From Lingula anatina (taxonomy: Eukaryota > Animalia > Brachiopoda): 64,000 nucleotides of DNA. Shown piece by piece: positions 13,601 through 33,299 of this stretch (positions within the stretch are counted from its first letter, which is position 1; each line of letters begins with the position of its first letter). Under the pieces are notes generated by a model. It was not told the DNA's origin, did not search any database, and worked only from the letters and a program-made list of their open reading frames with translations. The stretch spans positions 28,216,401-28,280,400 of the forward strand of contig CM120641.1 of the NCBI GenBank assembly GCA_051362555.1. Reading direction: 5' to 3'. The translations under genes and the position numbers were made by a program.

Positions 13601-16166
13601 TAGTACGTATTATAGAAAGACAACAGACAACAGACAATGCACTGCTCTTGCACTCTTGCCGAGCACGCGCATGAGAGATCCCCATACCTCACTTTGGTTA
13701 TTCTTGTAGAAAGCTTTATTACATGAACCGCCAATGACTTTTTATCAGTATCATTTGAAAATTGTTGACAACCCGGCATGCCTCAAATCTTTATCACTGA
13801 TACCATGAAATTGGAACGTCTACTTTATAGTAACTGAGTTATCTATGTCGACCTAGTTCTTACACACGCTCCGATTTTGTTTATAAAACATTTTTAAAGA
13901 ATAAACATATGGGAGTGGTCAAATTTGCAATTTTCAGATTTTTAAACGTCAAGATGGCATATTAAGAGCAAAAATCAATGATGTCTTCTATGACATTTCT
14001 GTTCACCCAGATTTCATTAATTTGCATATATTTTATTGTTGTTGTATCAATACAAACGAGGGTACTTTCTTTCTTGTATTTCACTGAAGCTGCAACTCCG
14101 ACAAAGTTTCCATTTTCGGCGAAACTTGTAAAAAAAGAAACCTAAAATAAAGAAAATTAATACATTAGAATATAAAGATATTATTTGGACAGCTGATTAA
14201 AACTTTTATATACGTATATCTTAAAAGAAATAAAAGTAAAAAAAACACCATTTTAAATGACCGCCATGATCATCTGACCCTAGTAACCTTCAATCATGAA
14301 ATTCAAATATGGTGATAAGTGATAAACAGATAATCCAGCAATTATTGTAAAGATGTTTTCGCTATGATTGGTAATTAACCACGTGCTAATCCCCTCACAC
14401 CTGCACTCGACAAACTTTGTTAAATCGATACCTTAATAGCAAAACGTGGTTGTTTGCCTAAATCTGTTACATCAAATGGGCAAAGTTGTGGATGATTAAT
14501 AGACAGCGTGAAGCGGTCGTGTGGGCTGTTTGTAGGCAATTACCATAGCAAGTGTCAGTGCTATTATGCACGCGCCAATCAATACTCCTTTTTTTTCTTA
14601 TTTAAGTTTTCAATGTCTATGATTGAAGCCAAAACTGCCATGCGCGCAAATTTAGAAAAGACATAACGTCAAAATTAATATAATTAATTTTGCGGGAGGG
14701 GGGGGGGGGTGTTTACTACGACATCGCAGGTCATTGTGTTGCTTTCTGCGGGGGCAATGATACTTCTCTCCCCTCCCCCCTGAAAACAAGATCCAGCAGA
14801 GTTACTGCTGTATTCTTATGTCATTTGGATTATTGAGTGCCAACGGACACGAAAATGATATCCGAATTTTAATCTTTTGTCAATTCACCTGGGTGTCGCC
14901 TATCTCCTATGGTCACAGAGATTGAGATTGCTTAATCCCGAACAGGAGTTGTTCAAGCATCTCATCCCCTGCGTGTATATATTATGGCTAAACGCGGAAT
15001 TTGCTCAAGAATTAAAACCGAGCATTTCTGGGTTATCCTTTTAAGCCCTTGAAGGATAGGCAAGACAAAACCCGACAACTTTAATGAACTCTGCTTACTG
15101 ATAAACACAAAGGGTCGACTGTAATTAAATGTTATGTGAGAAACTTTTCAAAAGTGTTTTTTTTTTTTTTTTTTTTTTTTTTTGTAGTGTGCTGAAGGTA
15201 TTAGCGGTTTTGTAAACTGTAGGGTTATGAAAATAAAAAAAATGTCGAATTTAACAAGGAAATCGACCTTAAAATATAACCTTTTAAAAAGATAACGTTA
15301 AGACTATTCCATTTGACGTAATGCTTCATTAAATTTATGTAAAGAGGGAATGTTTTTTTAAATTTACACAAAAAAGTCTGAGAATAAAAAAAGAACAGCA
15401 AATTTGGTCATATGGTTATAACGATGATAACAATTTATCTTGCACCCAGAGCGCCAAGTAAATCATCTCTCCAGTAGCATCTTGACTCCAGTGAGTTTAA
15501 AAACATTTGAGATACTTCACATTTGTTTTAATTCCCTTCCTCTATTAATTTTTTCCATGTGGTTTATGTTTTCAGATTATTTGTCTGTTCGTAGGTCTAA
15601 AACTTTAAAGGAAGGCGAAAAGTTTTGACAAAAATGATAGATATATAATTAAATGAATAGATAGAAACACAAGAAACTGGAATTTGGATCACTAGTTTAA
15701 ATTTTGAAAAACGTATGTACCTATGTGTGGATCATAGCTTTTTCATGATAGCTTCCATATATTGCGGCATACGGCCGTTTGTGTCCATAAGTTATGAATA
15801 TTATATACTTCGTATGTGTTTTGAATTACGGTTACGGAGTAATTGACTTAGTGAAGAATAACAAATGTGTAGATATATTCTTTTCTTATTTTATATGAAT
15901 TCATTTATTTAACACTTATCTATCTTTCTTACTTATTTACCTTTACCAGTGTTAGTTTTTCTTTTTTTATTGAAAGGGGAGATATGAGAAAATCAATGGC
16001 CCATTTTTCAGCAATGCTTCACGTGCGTTTCCTGGTACTTTTGTTTTGGTTAGTAACCGTCGTTAAGATAACATCCTAACTTAATGATATTACATGAAAG
16101 GGGTGTTAATTAATCCCCCTTTTTCAAGCTTTAAATTAGGAAAAACATCCCCAGCTTCTGTCAAAC

Positions 16167-16611
16167 GTGGTAATGATAAAAGAGAAAAGCAAAATAATGT
16201 GTGAACTGATGAGCTATTGTAATTTTTTTTGCTTTTCAAAGAAGAACTTCTATGATATACATGAAACTTTATACCAATATTTGTTGTACATGTATTATAT
16301 GGACATGATGCCTACAAACATATTGAGAAAAAAGATAAAATGGGAGTATCTGGATAATTTCATTAAAATAACTTGGACTGTAAGTGTTTGTAGCAAAGTA
16401 CTCAAACTCAACAATTACATTTTTAAGTTTAAAAAAGTTTAAAAAAGAGAATATTAAAAAAAAATTGTGGTGTGAGATAAAGAAACAATCATTTGCCATT
16501 ATCAAAGGGGGTAATGATAAAAGAAAAAAATTATATGCGAACTTATGAGCTATTGTAAACAACTTAGACTATTCCTGTATGTAGCAAGGACCCTCCCCAA
16601 ACTCAACAATT
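16167..16611. repeat. Degenerate local duplication
   Basis: GGTAATGATAAAAGA...ATGAGCTATTGTAA at ~16169 and ~16510; AACTT(G/A)GACT...GTAGCAA...CAAACTCAACAATT at ~16370 and ~16561. Confidence 0.55.
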
Positions 16612-19600
16612 CTTTTTAAAAACTTTGGAAGATTCGAAAAAACAAGATGCACAAGTTTTCCAAATCCTTTTTCTCGGAGTTAATAAAGTAAAAGATATCA
16701 CATAGCTTTGAGACATCGACCTAAAATGTAAATAGATCAATTTTTTATTTTATAAAATAAATAAAGATAGATACAATGCTTCCTTATATCCAGGGACCAA
16801 GGAGGTTGACGCGTACAAAATGAAAATAAAACAAACATGAAATTACGGCCGTTCTGTTATTTGGGCGTGGTGGGTTTATTTCAAAAGTGCCAAAAAGAAA
16901 AAAAAAATCAATTCAGAGCAGTTAGCATTTTCATGTCAGTCGTGCTCAAGGTTGGGGTGAACACAAGCTTATTGTGCGCTTAATCCAGCATTGAAATGAA
17001 CGAGGGAAATTAGAGGTCATTAATTTCTTAACAAGTCAACACGCATTGAATTTCGATGACCCTGCTCACACAAGGTGCACATATTTCACTTACTATCACT
17101 AGACAGAAGAACGGGCCAACCACTTGCATAATTTTTCAACAGTTAATTGCCAGTGATTTGGAGGGTTGACTAATTTATTCGAGCTATTAAACTGTTTCTT
17201 CGATCGTTTTTATCTGCTGCGTTTGATGGAACTATCGTGGAAGATTAATCGTCATTCTTTTATTAAATCCCTCGTCTCGTTTAGCTCTGATATAATAATT
17301 GAAAAATTCTGCTTAAATCTTGCGGATTACTGAACAGAATGAATTAAGTATATTGCCATTGCTTTTTAATGATAAACAACCTTGTTTCTGGAAGCACTCA
17401 CAATTTATTTAAGGTCCTTTTAAATTAAATCTTTCCCAATGTCTTTTCTTTAATTTTTTCCTCTTCAGCGCCTGGGTAGTCAATTTGCACAAGCAAGTAT
17501 TAATCTTGCATACTTGGCAGTCGAGCTGGAGATTAAAATTTAATCTATTGAAAAGGTGACACTCGTTCCATGTTTAATGTAAGATAAATGGGTAGAAAAT
17601 TACACGGAAATAAGCCCTAAGTCTATAACGACAATACGATACAATAACGACACTCAGATTCTCTGACCCCCTCTAATGTGGATTTTTATCGAGAAATTGT
17701 GACTTGAGCGTAATTTGATAACGCATCATAAATCGCGCGGTGCGCGTGAAAAACCAAGCCCAACAAGCAACTGAATAAAGAATGTCAATCAAACAGTACC
17801 CATAAACGATAAGGAGGGGCTCAATTGGGATTAATACTTTTACCCGCCTTTATTTTTCTGAAGTCCATAAATACCGATGTACGCCTCAAAGTCAAGCGCT
17901 GATTTGCTATGAATAGCCTTCCGCGATAAAATTGAAATCAACCTCCCCTTAACATGCAAAATAGAGAAAAATATGCCAAATAGAGAAGCACAATTTTGTA
18001 ATTTTGAAACATTGAGAAGCAAAAACCGAAAGAAAAAGAGGACATGTGGATAATTCTTAGATGAATATTAACCAGAAAAGTATATGACTTAATTGCATTT
18101 TAGTGACGTTACGCAATAAACATCTGCCAATAAATGTCTGCGTAAGTGCCAAATTTAAAATGAAAATTATTTTAAATCGTCACTGGAATTAAATTGTAAA
18201 AAAAAAGGTACACAGCAAATTAGAAAATCACAGACATAACATCAAAGTGGGACGATCGGTCAGTATTTGCTTGTGACTAATCTCGTTAACTCGATAGGCT
18301 CTCTCAGTCTTCCAAGGGTTATCGGTTGGAAGAGAGACTTTACTTGGGATTAATCTTTTAAGATAAACAATGCATAAACTACATGACTGACGTTGCCAAG
18401 ATGTGACAGAGTATTAGTTAGGGATTATATCCAGACAACTACCTTTTAGATTTAGGCGGTTGAGGACATGATCCTCACCAAAAAACACTCAGAAGCTGCC
18501 CATTTTTGTAGAGTAACTACGGTAGCGTGAGGCGCTTGTTACACCATCGCGATGGATCGAAATGTCATCTCATGACGCGCCTGCATATAAATCTTTATGG
18601 CATACAAACGCGCGCTATGTATCCAATCTAGTTTGTCCAATCTTAAGCCTAGTACGTCGAGTGTTTACGCTCATTCACACGTACTTGAGAGGTGTAGTAC
18701 TGTTGAAAAGACGCAAGTTTTGGGTGGTCCGAGAGACTGAAGATAAACCCTGGACAAGCCACGAACGGCTGCAGGGGAGGGGCAAACAAGGACCACACGC
18801 GGTCATATAAAGCTCGCGAATAGCTGCTACGCGCGCCCGATGATAAAAGGTCCTCTTTACCGAGAAAATCAACAATAGCATCCAAATGTCTCTTTTTTCA
18901 CTGCTAAAAATGTAGTTGTTTTTATCTAAAGCGTTTTGTATAATGCATCACGAATAAGATGTTGCTTGAACCCTTTTTGCCGAGATCCAAATTAAGATTC
19001 ATCTGATGATCAAGTAATCAATACGAATAATAAAGGCAACAAACGATACTGAACGTGAAAAAATTGTATCAAAAATGTTAAGATAACCAGAGTTGATTGT
19101 TGGGATTCGAAGGTGTTCTTATGCGTTTGGCATAAATAGGGTCACGAAAAATAGCTGAATTTGAACGGAAAATGTGTCGAAGTGTTTTAGAAATATCCCC
19201 GATCCTAGCAACTGTGGGATGAGGTGTCAAATTACACGGTGTTGACAGAAATTTATCAAGGCTTTAATTATACAAACTCGGAGATAAGGCAAACGCTGAT
19301 TGCATCTCTGCGTCGGAAAATAGCACGTTTTTGGTTGACACAAACAGAACTGTTCGCGGATCAATAAAATAAGATTAAGGTTAAAAACGTTATCAAACTT
19401 AATCTATATGGAAAACAAAGCCAAATGCGAGAGAAAATAAACACTAAGCCTCGTAAGCATTTTTCACGTGGCATTTTCAATATTTTACGAAACAAGGAGA
19501 TCAAGAGATGCTACCTTAGGATGAGCTTAATGTAACGCGGGAAGTTAGAGCAAACAGAAACAAAGACCAAACAAACTATTAAATTGATATTTAGTCATTT

Positions 19601-21771
19601 CGAACATAGAATCTGAATACCACGGTTCTAAGTGTACCAAATTTATTGAAAACTCGAGTGGTTTTAATTTTGAAAATAAATGAAATATCATCACTGGAAC
19701 AACTGAATTACATCATCATGGAGTTTAACATATTGTCGAGAAGTGTCAATAACGAATATATTATGTAATGAGAGGACACTTTAACGAGGACATTTCCCTT
19801 GCTCAATTGCGATAAGAATGGTGATTTTTTTTTTATTTCTTTTAGTGTGGACATGGTAATTATCAAAAATGATGAATCGTTTCCATGGAGGACTTTCCTG
19901 TAACGAAAGTTGTTTAATCTGCCACAATATCAGGCTAAATTAGTTAAAATAGGTCGAAATAGTTGTTAAGGAGTCTGGCAGGTAAAAAAATATATAGGTA
20001 ATTTTTTCCAGAAAGTTGTAAGAAGAGACTGAATTTGACAAAGGTTTTGATACAGGTGGGTGTCATGGCGGATCCAATATGGGGGTGGGGGTCAAGTGTC
20101 ACGTGACAACTTTGTAACGAATCGTTGCGAGGCAAGTAGGCCTATCTTAGAGCATTTTTAATGAAAACACTAACTTAGTGATGTGTACGTCGCAAGTTAT
20201 AAAAACCTACCCCTGAAGTTTTTTTAAAATTAATTTTAAATCAGCTAGGAAGGTCATCGAGTCGGTTGAATTTGTGGGTACATTACAAATTTGTAATCCC
20301 CAGTGACTTATTTGCACACAGAGGCCTACTGGTACCTGTAGGCTACTAGTAGTGCTAGAAAGTTTAGCTGAAATGTTAAAGGGATCGCCCATAACGCCGA
20401 AACAAAGTTTTTAATTAATATGAAATGGCTTATTTAGTTTGATGAACTTGAATTTTAATTTGTAGTTTAACAAGGAAACGACGAGTATGGAGCAGGCTAT
20501 TGAATCGAAAATAAATAAAAAAAAAAATAAATAAATACCGAAGTACATCTTTCATTGAGAAAAGTCCTCTCCTTAACTACACATCATCCACCAATCGTAA
20601 CGTTCATTATGGGGAAATTACAGAAGCTATAAACCTATTCTTTTTCTCCTAATTTTGATGGGGTTATTTTGTAAAGGACGGTTTGTGTGTGTGTGTGTGT
20701 GTGTGTGTTCAGTGATGTTTGTGCGCGCGCACTTGAACTAAACTATAGTGTCTTATTGGACGAATCCAAAGTTGGCCCTAGTTCGGGGGATAGCGCAAGT
20801 CGATAAATAAGACATTATCTTTAGGGACTAATGATTTTTTTCTCTCGGTGACAACAGACATTATGTTGAAATATGAACAGCTAAAACGCTGTAATCAAAG
20901 GCAGTAAAGTGTAGATACCAAACTAAAAGTAATGTTATACTTTGATAAATAATATTAAAATAATCTTATCACAATGTAAAGTGGAACAAAATTCACTTGA
21001 TATCTGATATTGATTTTAAGGAAATCAGGTATAACAGATAATAACGACGAAAAGTGTTTAACTGTTTTAGAGGACAATTAACTTCCATTAGTGTCTTATT
21101 AGACGAATCCAAAGTAGGTTCTACTGGTAGTAGCCTACTGCAGCATTAGATTAACAAGTTACTGATTACTACAATTGTAACTGCAGATTTAGATTATATA
21201 ATTAGCAAGTTACTGATAATTACAATAGATGAATTACTTTATAAAGAATATTTATTAAGAAATGACAATGTCCTAGAATTTAGAATTCGTTCAAGGACGT
21301 ATGGAGAATACAGGTTTACACTGAAAGGGATTACTTCGTATCGCAGCGGACAAAAGCTACATGAAATGCTGTAGACTTTGTGTCATAACAAGCGGAATAA
21401 GAAAAAACTGTCATTACTTAAATATGGATAATAACCAGATATGTTAATTGACCCATTTGTTTAGCAAAAAGGATCAGCTACTATGATTTCAGATATATAT
21501 TATTATGATAATATTTTAATGGTATTGATTTACTTTGGTTCGAGTGGGAATACTTCTAGGACAAGGTGTTATTTTGTAAGTTAATATCGTATTTGGTGAG
21601 TAAATGGCCTTCTATGTAAAAGGCAAAAGAATAGACTATTTTATATGGCCTAACTTAAGTTTTTACACTTTAGTCACTATACTTTTTGTGCTTGAGCCAG
21701 CCATGCCCGAATAGGGCTCATTTCCCATCCTCTCATACTAGTCACTATAACACCAACACTATACTAAGGAT

Positions 21772-21890
21772 GCTCTCTGACCACAGGGTCCGCTAGTAGT
21801 CTGTAATAAAAATTATTGTACCTAGAATTCTGTTTTGTTCACTAGTTTTGAGGCCCCTGATATCAAAAGGTGCACTCAAGAGTCCTTCGA
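21772..21890 (+). repeat. Dispersed repeat fragment (copy 1; copy 2 at ~37808-37900)
   Basis: CTCTCTGA(C/A)CACAGGGT(C/G)CGCTAGT(A/G)GTCTGT...GCCCCTGATATCA shared with ~37808-37900. Confidence 0.65.
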
Positions 21891-24800
21891 AACTAACAAC
21901 GCTGCCAATGATGATGATGATGATGAAGGTGGTGGTAATTTTTTTTTGTAAAATTTGTTGAGATGACCACAGACATGTTGAAATATGAGCAGTTTAAACA
22001 CAGACATCCATTGCAATAAAGTGAAGATACCTAATTGAAAGTAATGCTATAATTGCATTAAAAAAGTTAACGAATCTTACAGAATTAAATTGGCAAAATA
22101 TCCACCAACGTTGATTCTTAAAGAAAGATATATACCAGAGGGTAACAACGAAGGTTTTATTACTGTTGGAGAGGACAGGTAAGTGGACAAAAGGAAACAG
22201 GGATACTGGAGATAGCTTGGAGCCAGTGTGCACACTCATATCGAACTATTACTAGCTCTGGAGATCGGTCCACTGCAGTTTTCAAAAGACACCCTCTCCA
22301 CACTATAACCCAACTGAAAGTGTGCGGTCAACACGGCAGACAGAAGTCGATATAAGCACTTCAGATCAGAAATAATGAAAGGATATCTGATAATTCATTA
22401 AATTTCGTCATTCTAATCCGATATCAGAGGTGCCAGACGACTTCTTGACTGCAATCCAATTGTCGGGGGTCAAGTGATACTTACCAATACTTATGTAATA
22501 TTCAAAGGACCCTTGAATGCGTGTGTGCATGTATGTGAATTGGTCTTTGATCGTTTCAATTTCTGTGTTTGTTTGTTTGTTTGTTTGTAAGAAACTCTGC
22601 AGTATTAAATCAAGCACCACTCATAAAACGGCAGGTTATAAGTCAATCTTGAAGGGGAAAATGGCACGAGCATTACATCCATGGTTTCAGTAATAAGGTA
22701 TGTAAAGGTTTGTTTGAGTCAGTAGAGGTTATTAGTAAAGAGCAATCCCTACTGTATATATCCACCAGGATTCATCCACATGTAATACTTGCTATTATTC
22801 ACACTAGCCATTGCCTACAGTATACATTCGAAATACGTGGAAATTACGTCCAAGGTCATCAGGTGATGCTATCATAACTAGTGTCCCCCTTTATTGGTGA
22901 CTTGCTTCTACTGCAGTAATGTTTATGATTGCAAGGTCGTTTTAAACAAGTCAAAACAGATACAAAACTATATTGTTTTATAAGACAGGGGAATTTACTA
23001 AAAGCAATGATTTGTCAACTTCCTTCTGCTATTAGATCTCTCATCCTTCCTTGCTTCTCTCTCTCTCTCTCGCTCTCGCTCTCTCTTTTAAAATTAATGA
23101 AACGCGCCTTTTACTCTTAAGCACATTGTTTTCATGAAAACCAGTAAAAAAAAAAACTATTCCCGTTTTTCGTATCAGCAGCATCATTTATATGAAGTTG
23201 AATCGATCAATGTTTACTCACAAAGGAGTTTCGAGACAAAACTCTACACACGGCTGTATAATATGTGAAATTATGGAATTCTTTATAACACTAAAGTAGG
23301 TGGTATTTCACGTGTTGAATTTACATCAGGCTGTGACACTTTTCATGCTCAAGATATAAAGGCAAAGGTACTGAGAAAGATTTATGTATACGCTCCCTTC
23401 ATTATCTTACTCGACGATTCATATAATTTCTGTTATACTGTTATACTCATCTAAACAAATGAATATATTTCATGACTGCAACACGGTTTGTTTCTAGCTT
23501 TTCAACGGACAAGCCCCACTTCATTACTTTCAAATATAATTATAGGTTTTTGGCAAAAAAACTTTGGCGTATTTATTTAGTGCCATCCTTTTTTTGGCAA
23601 TGTGCTTTACTCTGTTTCGTATTTAGTGTGCAATTATAATAATGGGTTGCTTTGTACTTAATTGTAAGACAGTAACTTTTAGGTAAATATACGGGGAGTA
23701 GGAAACCATTTGCATGTGAGAGAAGAAAAATATTTGTAAACCCGTCAGTCCAGATATTTCGATTAATTAATGTAAAGTCGTTATAACGTTGTAATTGTAA
23801 TATTCGTTTCCGTAAAGGGACGAGAATGTAGCACTTCACAAGCCTCTGGTGTTTGTACAACGAAATATAAACCGTAGTCAACAATTCTTCAAAACTAATT
23901 TGATATTTACCTATAACACATGGCCGGTGCGATAACTTTGAACGGCGGTGGATTTTAGCAAGAGTAGATGTTGCTATGAATGTCTTACCTCTGATACTGC
24001 AAAACATCAAATCCCATAACAAAATGAAGATAATTATGCCAGATTTTAGTTAACTTTTGCTTAAAAAATCGTTAAGCACTAATAGCGCAAAAACATTTTT
24101 CAAGATGGCCGCCGCTCCTATGAAAAACAGGTTGCACAAGAGGGAAATGACCTTCTTCAAGAAACGTAAAGTTCACGCATAAAACTTGATCAAACACAAT
24201 TCAAAACTAATGCAATCTAAATTTTTTCACTACTTGTAAATCATTTCAATACTTTCATTAGGAAGATGTCGATGGGCGACATATGATATTGTCCCCCTTG
24301 AGTAATTCAAATTGGTATCGTCCGGTTCTCATAGCAGCGTATTCAAATGAAGCAAAAAGCAAACAAGCCTGAGCTCGAATCGTGTCACATAGATATTTGT
24401 CAAGCCCTGCAACAGGGAAAGGATATCTGCCAGCTGACTAACTAGCCCAATTCTTATATATTAGAAAGTTTCGAATCCGTTACTGTATTGATTTTTAACT
24501 ATAACGATTTGAATTAATGGTAGCTTAGTTCTAAACGCCATCATTTATGGTATGATTGTTTTTCGAAGTAGGTTTTGTATAGCGCGAGCGGTCTACTTGT
24601 CATACGATATGCGCGTCGAAATGCATGTTTTTACACAATTTTGTACAATTTATTATGATCAGTACTTAGCCAAATTACGTAAGTCAACGAAATATATTGT
24701 GTCAATAATTCAAATAAAAAGTTGATATGATGCTGAGATAATTAGTATATTCAGAATCACACTTTATAATTTAAAACCGATTTTGATGTTTTATGTATAT

Positions 24801-25066
24801 TTTAAATTCCTTAAAATGTTGGCACATAGGGGTTCAGTTTAGCCTTGACTATTTTATTTTTGGTCTGTTGGCTATTAATTGACCTTGGAAAGTGTTCACA
24901 CAATTAATACCATCCAGATTCCTAAAAGCCACTAAATTATTCCCTATTCAATCTTTGTCTTCCTTTCAGTTTCTAACGGCTAAACGTGTTAAGTATACTA
25001 AGTACCAACGCCACCAATGTTATTTGTTGCCTTGGTTTCTAAAGACCCCAAGAAATTCCAAGAAAA

Positions 25067-25067
25067 A

Positions 25068-25113
<46 letters not shown>
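25067..25113. repeat. (ATT)n microsatellite
   Basis: Perfect trinucleotide run. Confidence 0.95.
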
Positions 25114-25924
25114 GGGGTCTTTTGTCCTTTTTAAAAAGATTAACGCACACTGTTATGTAAAGAAAATATAATTTTTACTCCTGCCATTAGTTATGTGTCA
25201 ATCTGCACTACCCTAAAAGGAGGGCTAGAATCGAAGTGCGGATTAGTTTCCATACAGCACAAATCCCAGGACTGGATTTAAGAGAGATGTTCACACGCTT
25301 GGTATTCTGATACAGGTAGAATAAATATGATAGTCTTAATTTTTCCTTCTCAACTCCTTTCCCTCCTGCTGTCGTCGACAATATATGGTTTCTGTTGTTG
25401 TTGTTGTATAAAATTCATCATGTGTTTTTCTAAAAAAAGCTATTCTGATAATTTCACAGGGTCTGCACAATAGTGAAGTCTGACTGTAAGCAGACAAAAT
25501 ATTGTTTAAGTGCCAGTTTATTTCCCAAGCTGATAACAACAGAACTTCTGCATTTTTATTAGTATACGAAAGTTAAAGTAAAAATCCCTAAACTGCAAAT
25601 CAAAGTTCAGTTAATTTAAAATTAATTTTAAGTTTCTTAAAGCAGTTACAGGATATTTATATGATAATTCCTGTTGTTTCTAAGTAATTTTTTTTTAGTA
25701 AAATAGGTGTCGCTGTTATTATCGCGATCGTAATTAATAGAAACCTTTTGCATCAATAAAAAAACAAAATATTAATTGTTATAAATAGGCCAACTCATTT
25801 GGTCAGGTATGAAACTGGTGTTTCGTTTAGTTGATAGAAAGGGTACGGTGTGAATAAGGTACCTATTCTGGCTTATTCATATAGAAAGGAGGAAAACATA
25901 ATGACAATAGGTATACGTAAGAAC

Positions 25925-27476
25925 TTTATTTACACTTCACTAAATATATAAATAGTATATTTATGGCATAATTTAAGTACACGATTTACCAATATTTAGA
26001 TATATGAGAAACACACATGCGAAAACAAAATACAAGCACTGTGTGAATATACCTTTAAAATTTGGAGAAAATGCACGTATTTCTTTCCTGGATAGTAAAA
26101 ATACCACTTAAGAACCCCGTGCGTACCTACATTAACATATAAATAAGTATTACGTCTGTTTTTTAACAGAACAAAACCAAAATGGTTTGGCAAGATATGG
26201 AATTTACACTTCAATATTATCAAACATATTGAATTATCTATATCAATAAATATGCACAATCAAGACAAAGTCTAATGTTGAAGATTTACATTAATAAAGT
26301 GAAGCACACTCGTTTTAAAAAGCACCCCTAACATGTTAAAAGGCTAAGATATCAACCCTTTCAATTGAGTGATAGTCAATATTAAAACCCTAGACTAGAA
26401 TTTAACTCTGCAATCTGCATTTTTAATTACAAACTTTAAGCATCGTAATCAGCACTTCGACTGTGGACTAGCTGTCATAGATATACTTCAGAATGACTTA
26501 AACATTACGGTCATACAATAAAGAAAATTCGGTATCTGATCAGTGATTTTTAACAGTTGTTTTCTACTAATATATTTTTTTTCTGGAACCACAAATGCGT
26601 TTCGTTATATAACAAAAATTAAAATGTAATTCACTTCTTTGCACAGCAGTATATATCTGCATAAAAAACAAAAAATTCAAAGTTATTAAGTACGTAACTA
26701 TTTAACAGCAGATAGCTATCTGCCAAGTGTACTACGTTCCGTTTTCCCTTTATTCAACATTAACTTGAACATTACATTAACAATCTACCGTTAGTCTCGA
26801 TTGAGAAAAATAATGATTTGTAAAAAGCAGAATAATTTCAAAGTAAAGATTCTCATTTGAATAAGTGGCGCAAATACTCATTTTAGGAGTGTGGCTTTCG
26901 TCGAAACATTATTTTTTGTGTTTTTCATCCAAAAAAAAAAAAAAAAAAAAAGCAAGCTTCAATCACACCCCAAGCTTATTTTGTTCGGTGTATTAATGTC
27001 GCTCGTATGTGACAATAAAAATTTGAGAAAGTTTAACATATTGACATAGTTAACTTGATCAACAGCCGTTTTCTCTTTGATATTATTTTCGAATTTTGAT
27101 AATTTCAAAATTCAGCGGACAATTATTAAATGTAATCTTTGAGCAGGAGGATGCTCTAATAAATTGTTTCGTTAATTTTTTCAACATTAAACCATCCTTT
27201 AAAATATCAGATATCAATTACAACAGGTAAATAATACAAGCGTGCAATGGCACATAATATATATAAAGACAAAAGATCCAAAAACGCGTGCAATTAAAAT
27301 GGACGCACGCAGTAGATATTTTCGTTAATTTGAACACAAACTGTGAAACTAATAGAGTGAGCAACACAGGCAGGGGGCAGATTGTATTAACACTCCTACT
27401 AGTTGCTAGGATAACAAATAATATTTTTCGCAATTGGCCCTTTCTCAATTGAATATGCGTCGTAACTCTCTCTCAA

Positions 27477-27542
<66 letters not shown>

Positions 27543-27898
27543 TTAACTGCAACATAAACTGCGCACTGGCTGTTTCAGCTTTACTGGATTTTCTTACTAA
27601 ACAATTGTAAAATATCTATCATCAAAATTTTCTAAAAGAATTATTCTGTTAATTTAAATTAAATTGTTATTAAATGAATCAACTGAAATTATGTTTAACT
27701 GTCCTGATAAGCTGTTTTAAACCAGGGAAAATTCTCTATAAAGGAACACTTACATAAACTCCTCGAACAATCTACTGACAATCAAATCAAAACAAGTAAA
27801 TATACCACCGCTTGGGTCCAACTAATCCGAAACTTTTGGTTGTATCAACCTTGGAGGATTACAACAGAACAATACATATTGTATATGTATTTCAATTA
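25925..27898 (-). other. Putative long (~2 kb) Pitx 3' UTR ending at an AATAAA
   Basis: Minus-strand AATAAA at 25925-25930 (GTGTAAATAAAGTTC) after AU-rich sequence. Other AATAAA-like sites exist, so the end point is inferred. Confidence 0.4.
27466..27540. repeat. Compound (CT)n(CA)n microsatellite downstream of the Pitx stop
   Basis: Direct observation. Confidence 0.95.
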
Positions 27899-33192
<5,294 letters not shown>

Positions 33193-33299
33193 TTAATCGA
33201 GTCGTGTGCCTTCAAGTACTTCAATTTCCGATTTACACCATCAACAACGTGCTATCCTTCTCTGGCCACTGTGATCTGTTTCGGGCAAACAACTTCTCT

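Noticed and set aside
23400-24305. 149-aa ORF and possible decayed Helentron (CAAGATGGCCGCC; hairpin GGGCGACATA...ATTGTCCCC)
   Set aside because: ORF has no recognisable similarity and no matching 5' terminus was found, so boundaries cannot be supported.
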